From Octopus vulgaris (lineage: Eukaryota), in NCBI GenBank assembly GCA_951406725.2, contig OX597815.1, forward strand, positions 158,844,001-158,908,000: a stretch of 64,000 nt of DNA, in the 5' to 3' direction. The notes below the pieces were generated by a model that was not told where the DNA came from, made no database searches, and saw only the letters and a list, made by a program, of their open reading frames with translations. This document shows positions 52,476-64,000 of this stretch, one piece after another. The position numbers were made by a program, and so were the translations under genes. The number at the start of each line of letters is the position of its first letter. Positions within the stretch are counted from its first letter, which is position 1.

Positions 52476-52692
52476 ATCCTTTCTACTAAAGGCACAAGGC
52501 CTGAAATTTGTGGGGGTGGAGACCAGTCTATTATATCAACCCCAATGTTTCACTGGTATTTAATTTAAGGACTCTGAAAAGATGAATGGCAAAGTCAACC
52601 TCACTGAAATTGGAACTCAGAATGTAGTGGCAGGCAAAACACCGCTAAGCATTTTGCCCGGTGTGCTAATGATTCTGTTACCTCGCCACCTT
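52476..52692 (-). mobile_element. SINE family B, ~50 bp from the exon donor
   Basis: Reverse-complement motif chain ending ctcgccacctt. Confidence 0.85.
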
Positions 52693-52742
52693 AGCACCAT
52701 ATTTACATAATGAAAAGTTTTTATTGGCTGTTAAGAACTTAC

Positions 52743-52907
52743 CTCCCCACATTCCATAGACTTTGATGCAATATTTGGCATTGTAGACATTACAAGGTTC
52801 CGGCTTTATTGGGTTTATGTCAGTCTTTTCAAATTTTGCATTGCAGTTGTCATCCAATGTTGAATTACACACATAGCAGTTCAATGCCTGAACAGAATTA
52901 ATGTAAA
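52743..52907 (-). CDS. Ly6/uPAR three-finger protein (boudin / U-scoloptoxin-05-like), internal coding exon
   Basis: The acceptor tctctcttttCAG lies at 52910-52908 and the donor G|GTAAGT at 52742. The exon is 165 nt, phase 1-1, and reads xYINSVQALNCYVCNSTLDDNCNAKFEKTDINPIKPEPCNVYNAKYCIKVYGMWG(G). It carries the end of a signal peptide, the LxCYxC start of a Ly6 domain and Cys1-5. Confidence 0.92.
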
Positions 52908-52967
52908 CTGAAAAGAGAGAAAGAGAAAAGAAAAAACAGAAAAGGTAAGAGAAGGTTTATCTTGGTT

Positions 52968-53362
52968 TATCTTTTATACTCCTTCAAGTCACTAATCTGC
53001 AGTCATGATGGAGCACTGCCTTGAAAGGTTTTTTGTTGAACAAACTGACACCAATATTAAAAAAAATTTATTTTAAGTCTGGTACTGTATTCAATTGGTC
53101 CTTTTTGCCAAACCAGTAAATACAAGAACATAAACAAACCAACACCGGTTGTCAAGTGGTATGGGAGATTAAATACAAGCAGAAACACACACATACACAC
53201 AAGCATGCACACCATTTTTCCATACAGTTTCAATCAGCCAAATTCCCTCACAAGGCTTTGGTAGGCCTGGATTGGAGCTGTACTACAAGACAGGTGCCAT
53301 GCAATGGGACTGAACCTGAAACCATATGGTCCCAAAGAGAGCTTCTTAAAACATACAGCCAT
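52968..53362 (-). mobile_element. SINE family A next to the exon acceptor
   Basis: Reverse-complement tail and head motifs. Confidence 0.75.
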
Positions 53363-53955
53363 ATTTACAGCTATAAATTAGAGAGCAAAAAAACAAACGG
53401 AAAAGAAATTATTTCAAATAACATGGACCACTTAGATATTTGTCTTGCAAAAACCTATCTTTAGGCATAGGTATTACTTATATACACATATGTGTGTGTG
53501 TATAGTTGACAAGTTACAATCAATCATTCTATACTGAAATCAATTAAATATAACAACAATAAGAAAAAAAAACACAAAGACATAATCAAAATTAAAAAGA
53601 CTATCAGATGAAGATGAATGAGATATTGAGTAAAATAAATGTCTTGTGAATCAGTTTAACAGACATTTGGTTAAAAGTCAGTTAATTCTACAAACCATAA
53701 GCAAAACACTGAACTATAACTTATCCATTGACTTATAAAACTAAAGTTGGGTTAGATAGATTCTTTCATTTTGTAAATTTCTTTCATGCCTTGAAAAATA
53801 TGGGTTGTTTTTTTAATTGTTAATTAGTGTTTTCATTTACCAGAATGTATATTACAATAATACTAACAACAATGATGACGATGATAATGACAACAATAAT
53901 AATAATAGCGAACAATATTTACATTCAACAGATATTTGTCCTCATCTTGTTTGTT

Positions 53956-54001
53956 AACACAACGTTTTGGCTGATATACCCTCCAGCCTTCTTCAGGTGT
54001 C
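53956..54001 (-). ncRNA. Minimal (Penelope-type) hammerhead motif with one core mutation
   Basis: Minus strand reads GACAC-CTGAAGA-A-GGCTGG AGGGTATA TCAGCC-AAAA-CG-TT/GTGTT. Stem I is 5 bp, stem II is 6 bp, and stem III is the palindrome ACGT. GAAA has become AAAA at 53968, consistent with CpG decay. Confidence 0.62.
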
Positions 54002-54083
54002 TTGGGGAAATTTCGAACCACTACACCATATGCCCACAGCTTCTTTCAGTGACTGAGACTACCAGTTTTATTTAACCAACCAT

Positions 54084-54288
54084 CTTATTTCTTTATTGCC
54101 CACCAGGGGCTAAACATAGAGGGGACAAACAAGGACTGACAAAGGGATTAAGTCAATTACATCGACCCCCAAAAGGATGAAAGGCAACGTCGACCTCGGC
54201 AGAATTTGAACTCAGAACGTAACGGCAGACAAAATACTGCTAAGCATTTTGCTCAGCATGCTAAGGTTTCTGCCAGCTCGCCACCTTT
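54084..54288 (-). mobile_element. SINE family B
   Basis: Reverse-complement motif chain. Confidence 0.85.
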
Positions 54289-55809
54289 ACCCGACCATCT
54301 TGTTCATGGTCTACCTCTAGCTTTCAGTCAGTTGGCTTTTTCAAATTGAATGTTTAGGAATATATAAATATTTTTAAGTATCCTCAAAGATTTTTGGAAA
54401 TCTAAAATTAGAATGGCCTTGTTTGTTTTCATAAATTTTTTTTCTTTTCTTTTTTAAATGGGCTTGATAAGTAATTTTACTGACCGTTTTAGAAGAGTGC
54501 TATGTATATCACAAAATGAATATTTACTGAACTATGAAAAGCAATACACACAGATGCTCAATCATCAGAATATCTCAGACTGAACGAAAGCAGAAGATAA
54601 GAAAAGTAAAAAAGAAGTGTTAAGATTCTTCATGGATAAAGGCAACAACTATCAAGCTGCCAAGACTAGTAAAGATGATTTGAAGAGAAAAATGTTGCTT
54701 TGATGGATTGGCTGTCAGATTTGAGATTTTGAATTCTACAGACAGAAAATGTAGGAGATAAAATGGAAAGAATTGTGGAAAAAGTGTGAATCAGAAACAA
54801 AGAATGATTACTGGAACACTGATGACAGAATGGAATTACTGAAAAGAAGATGACCTATACAATTACTAAAAGGATTCTTTTTTTAAGAAAAAAATTGAAA
54901 CTGCAAAGTAGAGTTATTAGTTGATTAATAAGTTGTCAATTTTCATATAAGTTGTACAGACTAAAACAAAATGTTTCTAGAAACACACCAATGTATATAT
55001 ATTTTTTTGCAATAATAGATGGCTGGTGCCATGTAAAAAGCATTCAGTCCACTCAGTGGGGTGGTTGGTGTTAGGAAGGGCAACCATGCCAAAACAGATA
55101 CAGAAGCCTTGTGTAGTCTTCTACCTGGCTGGCTCCTGTCAGACTGTCCAACCCATGTCAGCATGGAAGGCAGACATTAAACAATGATGATGTGAAATAT
55201 TACACACCTAAGTAAAAACAGATACAATAAGAAAATTGTACACTCTTCCATTTTTTAAAAATTCATTTTTATAGACCTGACAAAATTATACCATCTACTT
55301 TTTTATGAGAAGTATCATTTATGCCTATCATACCTGAGCATTAAACTGATAAAGGGCGAAAGGTAAAGGTGACCTTGGCAGAATTTGATCTCAGAATGTA
55401 AAGCTGAAAGAAATAGTGCTAAGCATTTTGTCTGACACACTAACGATTCTGTTAGCTCACTGTCTCCATGATCTAAAATTTGAAACTGCAGAGCAAGAAC
55501 AAATTGTTTCCCAGGTTAATGGATGATAGTCATCATCATTATCAACATCATTTAACATCCGTTTTCCATGCTGGCAGAGGTTAGACAGTTAAACTGGGAC
55601 TGGTAAGCCGGAGAGCTGTATCGGGCTCTGGTCTGATTTGCCTTGGTTTCTATGGCTGGATGTCCTTCCTAACACCAACCACTCCAAGAGTGTAGTGGGT
55701 GTCTTTTATGTGTCACCAGCATGGTGACATGTGTCACTGGCATTGACCATAACTATGATTTCATTTGGCTTGAGTCTTCTCAAGCACAGCAAATTGGCAA
55801 AGGTTTTGA

Positions 55810-56440
55810 TGACGATATTAAAACTGGTCAACACTTAGCTAGAAAATAAAGGAATTGAACCAGCTTCTTCACTTAAAAGAGCAAGGTGAATGTGCTGAGG
55901 ATAATAGTAATTTTACAAAATATGTTGCAAAAAATCAGGTTATTGGAAGATGCACTCAAAAATCCTTTTTGTAAGTTGCTAAACAAGACAACACATCATC
56001 ATCATCGTCGTTTAACGTCCACTTTCCATGAACACATATTTGTGTTAAAATCCATTTTCACTTCGTGAACGAAAATCATGAAATGCTGCTTGGTAGCATA
56101 CAAATTGAATTTATTGACTCGAAAACAAGTTCATTATTGAAAATGGGATTTAATGAGCTTTTTCTCGCAGTTCCAAATGTTGCTGACATGATTAATTTCT
56201 GGTGATCACAGGTTCTATAAACATTTTTTCTGAACCAAGAAAATTTGCCCAAAGTTATATCTGTCATTTAAGAACAATGTATTGACGTGAACAAACATTT
56301 TCCATTCATGAAACTGAGAAAAACAACAGGAAATCGCAACTGACTGATACAAGTTAGAAGAATTCTTTGCTGCTCTCAATAACTTATCTTCAAGCATTAA
56401 AAGTTTGGTGAAATGAAAATAGTCACAAAAGCATCATTAA
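55810..56440 (+). pseudogene. hAT (SPIN / GTF2IRD2-like) transposase C-terminal relic
   Basis: Frameshifted translation gives IQIEFID..LLK..F, INFW, RKFAQ, REQTFS, MKL.K, QLTD and SLVK*K*SQKHH*, the motif order of the hAT dimerisation domain. A short (CAT)n RTE-tail fragment interrupts it near 55990-56030. Confidence 0.6.
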
Positions 56441-56472
56441 AGTGACTAGTATTTACTACAGTGTAATATTAA

Positions 56473-56682
56473 CCCTTTTGTTACCGTATTTATTTTGAGA
56501 TGCTCTGTGTTTCTTTAAATTACTTTAAATATAACAAAGAATTTAGTAAAATAACTTAGTTATCATTCAGCTAGTGTTAGGAACATAAATTGGGACTTAG
56601 GTTTAGTGGAAGATTTTAATTCAAAACTTATGAAAATAAGACATTTGTACTCAGAGCCAGAGCCGGATTGGTAATGAAAGGG
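56473..56682. mobile_element. piggyBac-type MITE
   Basis: TTAA on both sides; TIRs CCCTTTTGTTACC and GGTAATGAAAGGG. Confidence 0.85.
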
Positions 56683-57735
56683 TTAAACATTATATCGGGT
56701 GAAATAAAATACAGACTCACTGTACTTATTTTATTGAATGGCTAAGTTAACTTCTGGTATAAAAGGATGCAACTTAACTCAGTATTTTATTACAATATAT
56801 ACAAAAACAGACATGCGTACATACAAAATGATAGGTTTTCACAGTTTCTGTCTACCAAATTCCACCTACAAAATATTCCTTAACTAAAGGCTACAATAGA
56901 AGATACTTGTCCAAGATGCCATACCATGAGATCAAATTTGGAACCACTTAGTAAAGTAAACTTCTTAAGCACATAGCTGTCTGCACCTACCTATATTATT
57001 TTGAAATGACACATATTTATTTGGCTGATATTGTATTCTCAATGATGAAGTCAAACATTTTAAGCAGTTATCTCTAATGTATATCATCATTTAACATCCG
57101 ATGTCCATGCTGGTATGGGTTAGACAGTTTGACCAGAGCTGGTAAGCTAGGGAGCTGCACCAGACTCCAGTCTGATTTGGCAAGGTTTCTACAGCTGGAT
57201 GCCCTTCTTAATACCAACAACTTTACAGAGTGAGCTGAGTGTTTTATGTAGCACTGTATGGGCTCTTTCACGTGGCACCACACACACACAGGTGCAGCTA
57301 TAGTTGTGTGGTTCAGAAGCTTACTTTCCAGATGTGCAGTTGTGGGTTCACTCCCAATATATGGCACCTTGAACAAGTGTCTTTGATTAAAGTTCCAGGC
57401 TGACCAAAACCATATGAGTGGATTTGATAGATGGAAACTGAAAGAAACTGTCACACACACAAACACATACATATATAAATCTTTAACTCTTTAAACTGTT
57501 TCAGCTTCAAAGCTGCAGTCATCCTGTGGTACCATCACTGGTTGTGCTACACCAATATTTGAAACCTCCTCTGATATGTGACATTTGGTGAATGAGGGAA
57601 TTTGATGCTGCTGCTCTCATCTGTGTTTCCTGCTATGAGGTAGGCTCATCTGGAACCCTTGACAGGAGGAAATCCAGTTTTGTTTTGGAGACACATCCAC
57701 ACCATGCAGGTTTCTCAAGCATTATTCTTCTTTTT

Positions 57736-57953
57736 TCTTTTATTTGTTTCAGTCATTTGACTGTGGCCATGCTGGAGCACCGCTTTTAGTCGAGCAAATC
57801 GACTCCAAGACTTATTCTTCATAAGCCTAGTACTTATTCTATCAGTCTTTCTTGCTGAACCACAAAGTGACGAGGACGTAAACACATCAGCATCGGTTGT
57901 CAAGCAATGTTGGGGGGACAAACATAGATACACACAAACATATACATACACAC

Positions 57954-57998
<45 letters not shown>

Positions 57999-58151
57999 CG
58001 GGCTTCTTTCAGTTTCCGTCTACCAAATCCACTCACAAAGCTTTGGTCAGCTATAGCAGAAGACACTTGCCCAAGGTACCATGCAGTGGGACTGAACCCG
58101 GAACCATGTGGTTGGTAAGCAAGCTACTTACCACACAGTCACTCCTGCACC
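57736..58151 (-). mobile_element. SINE family A, full length
   Basis: Close reverse complement of 25446-25872. Confidence 0.9.
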
Positions 58152-58991
58152 TATTATATGTATATGTGTGTAACCTTGTTTTGACATTACATATGGTTGT
58201 AAATGGACATCATCATTATCATCATAAAAGTGAGGCTGTTTGCTTCCAGCCTTCAACAAAAGCATGTTTGGCTATTTCACCTTGCTGGAAACAGGTGAGG
58301 ATTGGAGACAAGAAAGGCATCCAACTGACTTATGCAAATATGGAAAAGCGTGGTCATTAAATGATGAGGATGTTAAATCAAGCCTAAAACAAAATCTTTG
58401 AAATTTGCCCGAAAGAGAAAAATCTTTTTCAAATCACACAATCTGCTATCTGACAAAACAAAAAAAAACATTTGATAAAGTACCCCTCATTACACAACGA
58501 ATGAATACAGCAATGTACAAATCTGGATGATTGTAGAAATAACCACCAGCAACAATAACAACTGAAAACACAAGTAAATATTTTTTTTTATACATGAGAG
58601 GGATTCTGAAAAGAAAAATAATTAGAGCTAAAGCAAATATTCATGATGTGGGAAGACAAATAGAAAAGTATTACATAAGGAATACGAAATAAATTGGTTT
58701 AGAAGCTCCTGAGCATGCTTTTTTTTTTTTTTTTTTTTTTTCAGAAATTTTTTTTTGCCCTATTTTACTTTAACCTTTTCTAGAGCATTACATCTGAAAA
58801 TAATTTTCAAGAAGAGGGAGCAGGGTAGAGAAATGCCCATGGGTCACAAAATTCTCATAAAAGTTTCCTGAAAATGAGAACACTATTCATTATCATGACA
58901 CTTTTCAAAAACTCTTTTTTTGTAACATTACCTAAACCTTGGCATCAGTAATTATAACAGTTTTTTTTTCTCTCTCTCTCTTGTCTCTGTT

Positions 58992-59047
<56 letters not shown>

Positions 59048-60504
59048 TATCTCTCTCTATTATATTTATGGGCAGTGTCCAAGTTCATGTCATAAATAAA
59101 TCTAATGAGTAATAACAAGCAGAACACTATTACATTATCAGTCAGTAAGGCCTTACTTAGTTGTTAAGAAAATAAGGAAGCATACCTTAAAAGTGAGAAC
59201 TTGTAAGAATAAAAGTTACATATGATGTATGTGCATTTATGTGTGTTGTGTATGCAGACAAGCTTCTGGTTAATTGAATTCAAATCTTGTTAAAAGATAT
59301 TGTATTGCACACAGACACACACACATGTACATACACAAAGTTGGTATTAGTAAACAAATTGAAAAGCAAAAACAAACAATGACTAAAAATATGAAATCCG
59401 ACATTTTGTATATTGTCTCATTTTACAAAAACCATTGGTGTGTGTGTGTGTGTAAAATGAGAAAAAGATTATTGCAAGTGAACAAAGTGTGCTACATATT
59501 TAACAAAACTGCTTATTATCAACAAACTCATTTTAGGCAAACATCGTAATTTAGAAATAACAGATAACACTCATTAAGCAGACTTAATAAGGGAGAAGAA
59601 CTACTCCATAATTAGTGCATTAGGAGTGAAAAAAGGTCACAACATATGGACATCTTAAATGAAAACATATGCCCCCATACGTTAATGTCTAATTTGTTTT
59701 TGTATAAAGTACACATACCTAACTAATAGTACATAAAAACAAAATATTCCTTTTTTTCTTTCTTTTCTTTCTTTTTATTTTTTGAAGAATATACAGATGA
59801 TAAACTACACTCTCTTAATTTATCTAAGCAGGAAGAAAAGGGTCAGTCAGTTTGTGAAAGGTTAGACTAAGAGCGAAGCAGTAATAAGTAAAATTATATA
59901 AGAGGTTAACAGAAAGTTTGAGAGAGCCTCGTTTCACTGACTCCCAGTATGACCAAGCTTCTCACATGAGGAAAGAACTGATAGCTAAGAGGAAGGGAAA
60001 GGGAGAAAAAAAATTAAATAAAGCAATAATGCTTTTATAGTCCCTGTTATTATGATGTATCTGGTGTGAATTAAGATTGATCACTTGACAATTGATGCCT
60101 TGCAGCAGGCAAAGTGCAGATTTTCTCAGGGAACCCAGCCCCATCTCTACACTGTATTTATGTATATATTTTTGATACTATTTTGTCCTGATTATATGCT
60201 TTGTGGCAACAAATCTTAGTTAATTATTGCTGATAACTGACAAGGGCATAAACTAACATAGTCTGAATATGAATAATCAGTTTTGTCACTCAAATTCCAC
60301 TTTTATTCTCTTCTTTTAGTACAGAATACTATCACCACAGAAACAAACAGAACAAGATAGGATTTGTTAAATAATACAGTATTTCTAAGGTTAACATTCT
60401 ATCTGAGGAGAATATTGCAAAAACTACTAAGAATTATTAAAAAATTCAAAATACAAGAGAAAAAGTGATAATAAAAATGAAAAAAAAACAAAAAAAAATC
60501 ACAT

Positions 60505-60968
60505 TCTTTTATCTGTTTCAGTCATTAGATTGTGGTCATGCTAGGGTACTGCCAAGAACTTTTAGTCAGATGAATCAACCCTGGTACTTATTCTATTGGT
60601 CTCTTTTTGCCAAACCACTAAGTTACGGGGGACAAACAAATACAAGTTGTGGAATGGTGGTGGAGAAGACAAACATAGACACAAAGATACAAATATATTT
60701 AAGAGAAAATTTGATGGTTTTTTTCTCTTATGAGGTTTTTCACGCTAACTACTTGTTAAATTCTTATAAAGATTTTATCCTATTTTAAAATTATATATAT
60801 ATATATATATATATGACAGGCTTCTTTCAGTTTCTATCAAATCTACTCAAGGCTCAGGTTAGTTCAAAGATATAGCAGAAGCTACTTGCCCAGGGTGCCA
60901 CACAGCAGAACTGAACTTGGAACCATGTGGTTGGGAAGCAAGCTTCTTACTACACTGCGACACTTGCA
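60505..60968 (-). mobile_element. SINE family A
   Basis: Reverse-complement tail and head. Confidence 0.8.
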
Positions 60969-61046
60969 CATATATTTATTCATGATTTTTAAAAAAATAA
61001 TAAGTCAGAACTGACATTGTCCTTCACCATTGCAAGTTATATAAAA

Positions 61047-61372
61047 GGTAAAGACACTCTTCAGTCATGAATGACCATGGGACTGCACCTAGAAAGTTCC
61101 CCTCTGAAGCACAAGTCTGGGCAAGGTTGTTATTAACGGAAGGCCAGCAGTCGTCCTTGCATTCCAGCCTCCCTTCTCCAGACCACCAATGTTGTTCAAG
61201 GGAAAGGCAAAGGCCGATACAGCTTGGCGCGAGTGACGTTGCAACTTGTTTCTACAGCTGAGCGAGCAATGTAAAATAAAGTGTCTTGCTCAACACACAG
61301 CCCAAGCCAGGAACTGAACTCACTACCTCATGCTCTAACCTGATGCTCTAGCCACTGAGCCATGTACCTTCA
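61047..61372 (-). mobile_element. SINE family C
   Basis: Reverse complement of family C. Confidence 0.75.
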
Positions 61373-61694
61373 CATTTGCAAGTTATACAAGACAGATGAA
61401 ATGAATCATAAGGTTGATGCTGAGTTTGAACATCTGTAAAACAGTGTCTGTGAGAAAACAAAGACAGAGGGAATTCTAGAGGTGTTGGTTATGAGTGGAA
61501 AGGACTGGGCTATGCATTTAGTGCAGTATCCAGAGAAATGAGACAAAGGACGTGGTTATAAGGAAACATGGGTTCAAAACAGATAAAACAGCATCTTCTG
61601 AGATAGCAGATCTGAAGCTGGTTGGTGACTGAATCTTTCCTCTTCAGTTGAATATCTCTATGTTATTTAAAAAAAAAACAAATTTTCTTTTTAA

Positions 61695-62020
61695 TCGTTT
61701 ATTGTTTCAGTCATCGAAGTGTGGCCATGCTGGGGCACTGCCTTGGACCCCAGTACTTATTTTTTAAAGCCTGGTACTTATTCTATTGGTTTCTTTTTGA
61801 TAAACCACTAAGTTATGGGGGCATAAACAAACCAACACCAGTTATCAAGTGGTTGTGCAGGACAAACACAAAACATATGCATGCATACACACACACAGAG
61901 TTTCCATCCACCAAATACACTCACAAGGCTTTGGTTATGGATACAGTAGAAGACATTTGTCCAAGGTGGCACACTGTGGGACTGAACCCAAGACCACATG
62001 GTTGGAAAATAGGCTTCTTA
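61695..62020 (-). mobile_element. SINE family A
   Basis: Reverse-complement tail and head. Confidence 0.8.
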
Positions 62021-62946
62021 ACAATGTCTGGTTCAGTTTACCATGTTAATATATGTAGACAGTAACACCACCACCGCCTCCACATATATATAGGAATAAT
62101 ACTCCTGCTTAGATTTTGCTTGAGCTTTGCAGGTGAGCAAATGGATCAGAACTAGCTCTACAAAGGAATTCATGAGTTTATGAAGTTATACCTATGGAAT
62201 TGCTCAGAGATTGCGAAGACCAGCATTTAAAGCAGCTAGGATTCCTACCCTTTACCAAGATTTTTTCATTTAATCTTATTGGTATTAACAGTCATCTCTT
62301 ATGGATATGGTAAGTGATACTTTAGATGTTTATGTACTTTTGACAACTCATTTGCTTAAACATACCACTCAAGTTCCCATTACATTTTCAATTAATCATA
62401 CTGAAGTTATTAACTCTCTAATTAGTGCAAATCTGCTATGCTCCACTACACTCCTGACATTCTTAATATGTTTAACCTTTTGAATAGCAACAGAATCCCT
62501 TTCATTTATTTCAAACATATGCTGCAGTTTGTTAATTTTTTTCAGCCACTATAAACTCAACTCCCTATGCTATCGCTAACTCTCCTTTCAGAACCAATTA
62601 CATAAGCTAGACAACAGAATTTATTTACCAGTTCCAGCAAGCCATTTCAAATGTCCAATGGCATCAGTGCTTGGCAGCTTAAATACATACGTAAATATTT
62701 ATAATCCAGCAACATTCTTGGGCAATACATTCAATAACTTTCACATAATTGCCAGCTCCACCTTACTTACTCTATGAACCAATTCTCCAAATGTTTGGTT
62801 ATCCTGCAAGCTTCAACTCCAGCACCAGTAGCTGTATTTCAAACATTTTTGCAGTCCTTGGATTATTTTACTTTATAAACCAGACTGCAGTTGCCATATG
62901 GAGGTTCAAATAGGCATCTGTTTCTAAAACTCTTTATAATGCTTAA

Positions 62947-63136
62947 CCCATTACCATTTAAACTGGCCATATCCAGCCCAGATATTGTACCTCTTTCATG
63001 TTCAAATTGTCTAGATCTGACCACTCACACCCAACCTATAATGTCATACTAAAAATAAATGATCACATCATTGATCTCTTGAAGCTACAATTCATTCAAA
63101 ACAATATGAATAAATAAGCAATACATTTGATAAGGG
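62947..63136. mobile_element. piggyBac-type MITE, second family
   Basis: TTAA-CCC ... AAGGG-TTAA; interior collinear with 24932-25140. Confidence 0.7.
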
Positions 63137-64000
63137 TTAAAGTGTAAATACAAAGCAATTTGAATTTCAATGGACTTCCACTTGTACTTTGGAGAATCCA
63201 TTTTCTTTTCTTAACTTTAAAACTTGCTTAATACCTCAATGCTTTCCATCTATATCAAATTTTTCCCCTGACCAAAAGACCACAAAATACACAAGACTTG
63301 TTCAAAATGCCTGTTATAATTACAGTAATACTTCACTTCACAAGGACCCACTTTACAAGACCCCAGTTTTATGAGTATTATTTTATAATAAATATAAAAG
63401 GTTAAACAACCATTTTGTGTGTGTGGCAATGTTGCAACATGTGGCAACACTGGCTCTGATGTATCTACACATCATTTTACTGATGGAGTAAAATGACAGC
63501 ATAAAATTTCATTGCTACTATGGGAAATTATATCTCTGCTTTACAAGTTTTCACTTTACGAGCAACCTCCTGGATCAAATTAACTTGTATATTGAAGTGT
63601 TACTATACTTGATTCCTCATTTCCCACTATCTCTGCCAGTTGCCTCATAGTATTCGATCCTTGGCACCAGTCCAGGGCTACTGAGATACCCTTCTGGTTG
63701 CTTGTTGAGGTTCTATAGTTGACCTTCTCTGATCTGAATCTGTGATGCACCCCATGTTAATTTCATTAGCCATACTTTTTCTGTGCTGGTTTAGGGCAAG
63801 TTGGAAGCTGATATCAATTTTGAAGTTTTGTTTCTCATAGAATGATTGCTTTCACTACAGCTACGAAACTCAATCTACTCTTACAAAAATCTATTTAACC
63901 CATAGATGGGGCCCTGACAGGTATTAATGTTCCCGGTCAGAATGGACCTGGGAGCAATGATAATTAAGAGGTGACTCCACGCTCCCTACAATTACAGAAA

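Larger units (their letters stand above)
21796..52742 (-). other. 30,947-bp GT-AG intron of the Ly6 gene
   Basis: Canonical splice sites, compatible phase, and the joined protein has exactly the 10-Cys Ly6 pattern, so no further coding exon is needed between the two. Confidence 0.85.

Noticed and set aside
59100-59240. Candidate signal-peptide exon of the Ly6 gene
   Set aside because: No open frame from an ATG to a phase-1 donor; exon 1 is probably outside the window or unrecognised.
62440-62930. Possible RLE-type LINE C-terminal relic on the minus strand
   Set aside because: Only a few residues resemble the pattern; not supportable by eye.

Overview
AT-rich, microsatellite- and repeat-dense eukaryotic DNA. 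The SINE families look like those I recall from Octopus (a coleoid cephalopod); that assignment is an inference. Only one host gene is supported: a minus-strand, GPI-anchored Ly6/uPAR three-finger protein of the boudin / U-scoloptoxin-05-like type. Its two visible coding exons (52743-52907 and 21575-21795) splice in frame across a 30,947-bp GT-AG intron; the signal-peptide exon was not found. Nearly all other ORFs in the track are microsatellite or SINE read-throughs. The rest of the window holds three tRNA-like SINE families, RTE-tail SINEs, a decayed 5S-rRNA-headed SINE, a complete non-autonomous Helitron, piggyBac- and hAT-type MITEs, and Tc1, hAT and LINE coding relics. The most interesting signal is a set of unrelated type I hammerhead-ribozyme folds. 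One has an intact core (1544-1603, minus); several more are decayed (9182-9228, 53956-54001, 22528-22565, 6468-6504, 11920-11968). Two lie in arms of long inverted repeats whose partner arm is disrupted at the ribozyme core, which resembles Penelope-like element pseudo-LTR or retrozyme architecture. All motifs were read by eye; repeat boundaries are approximate.
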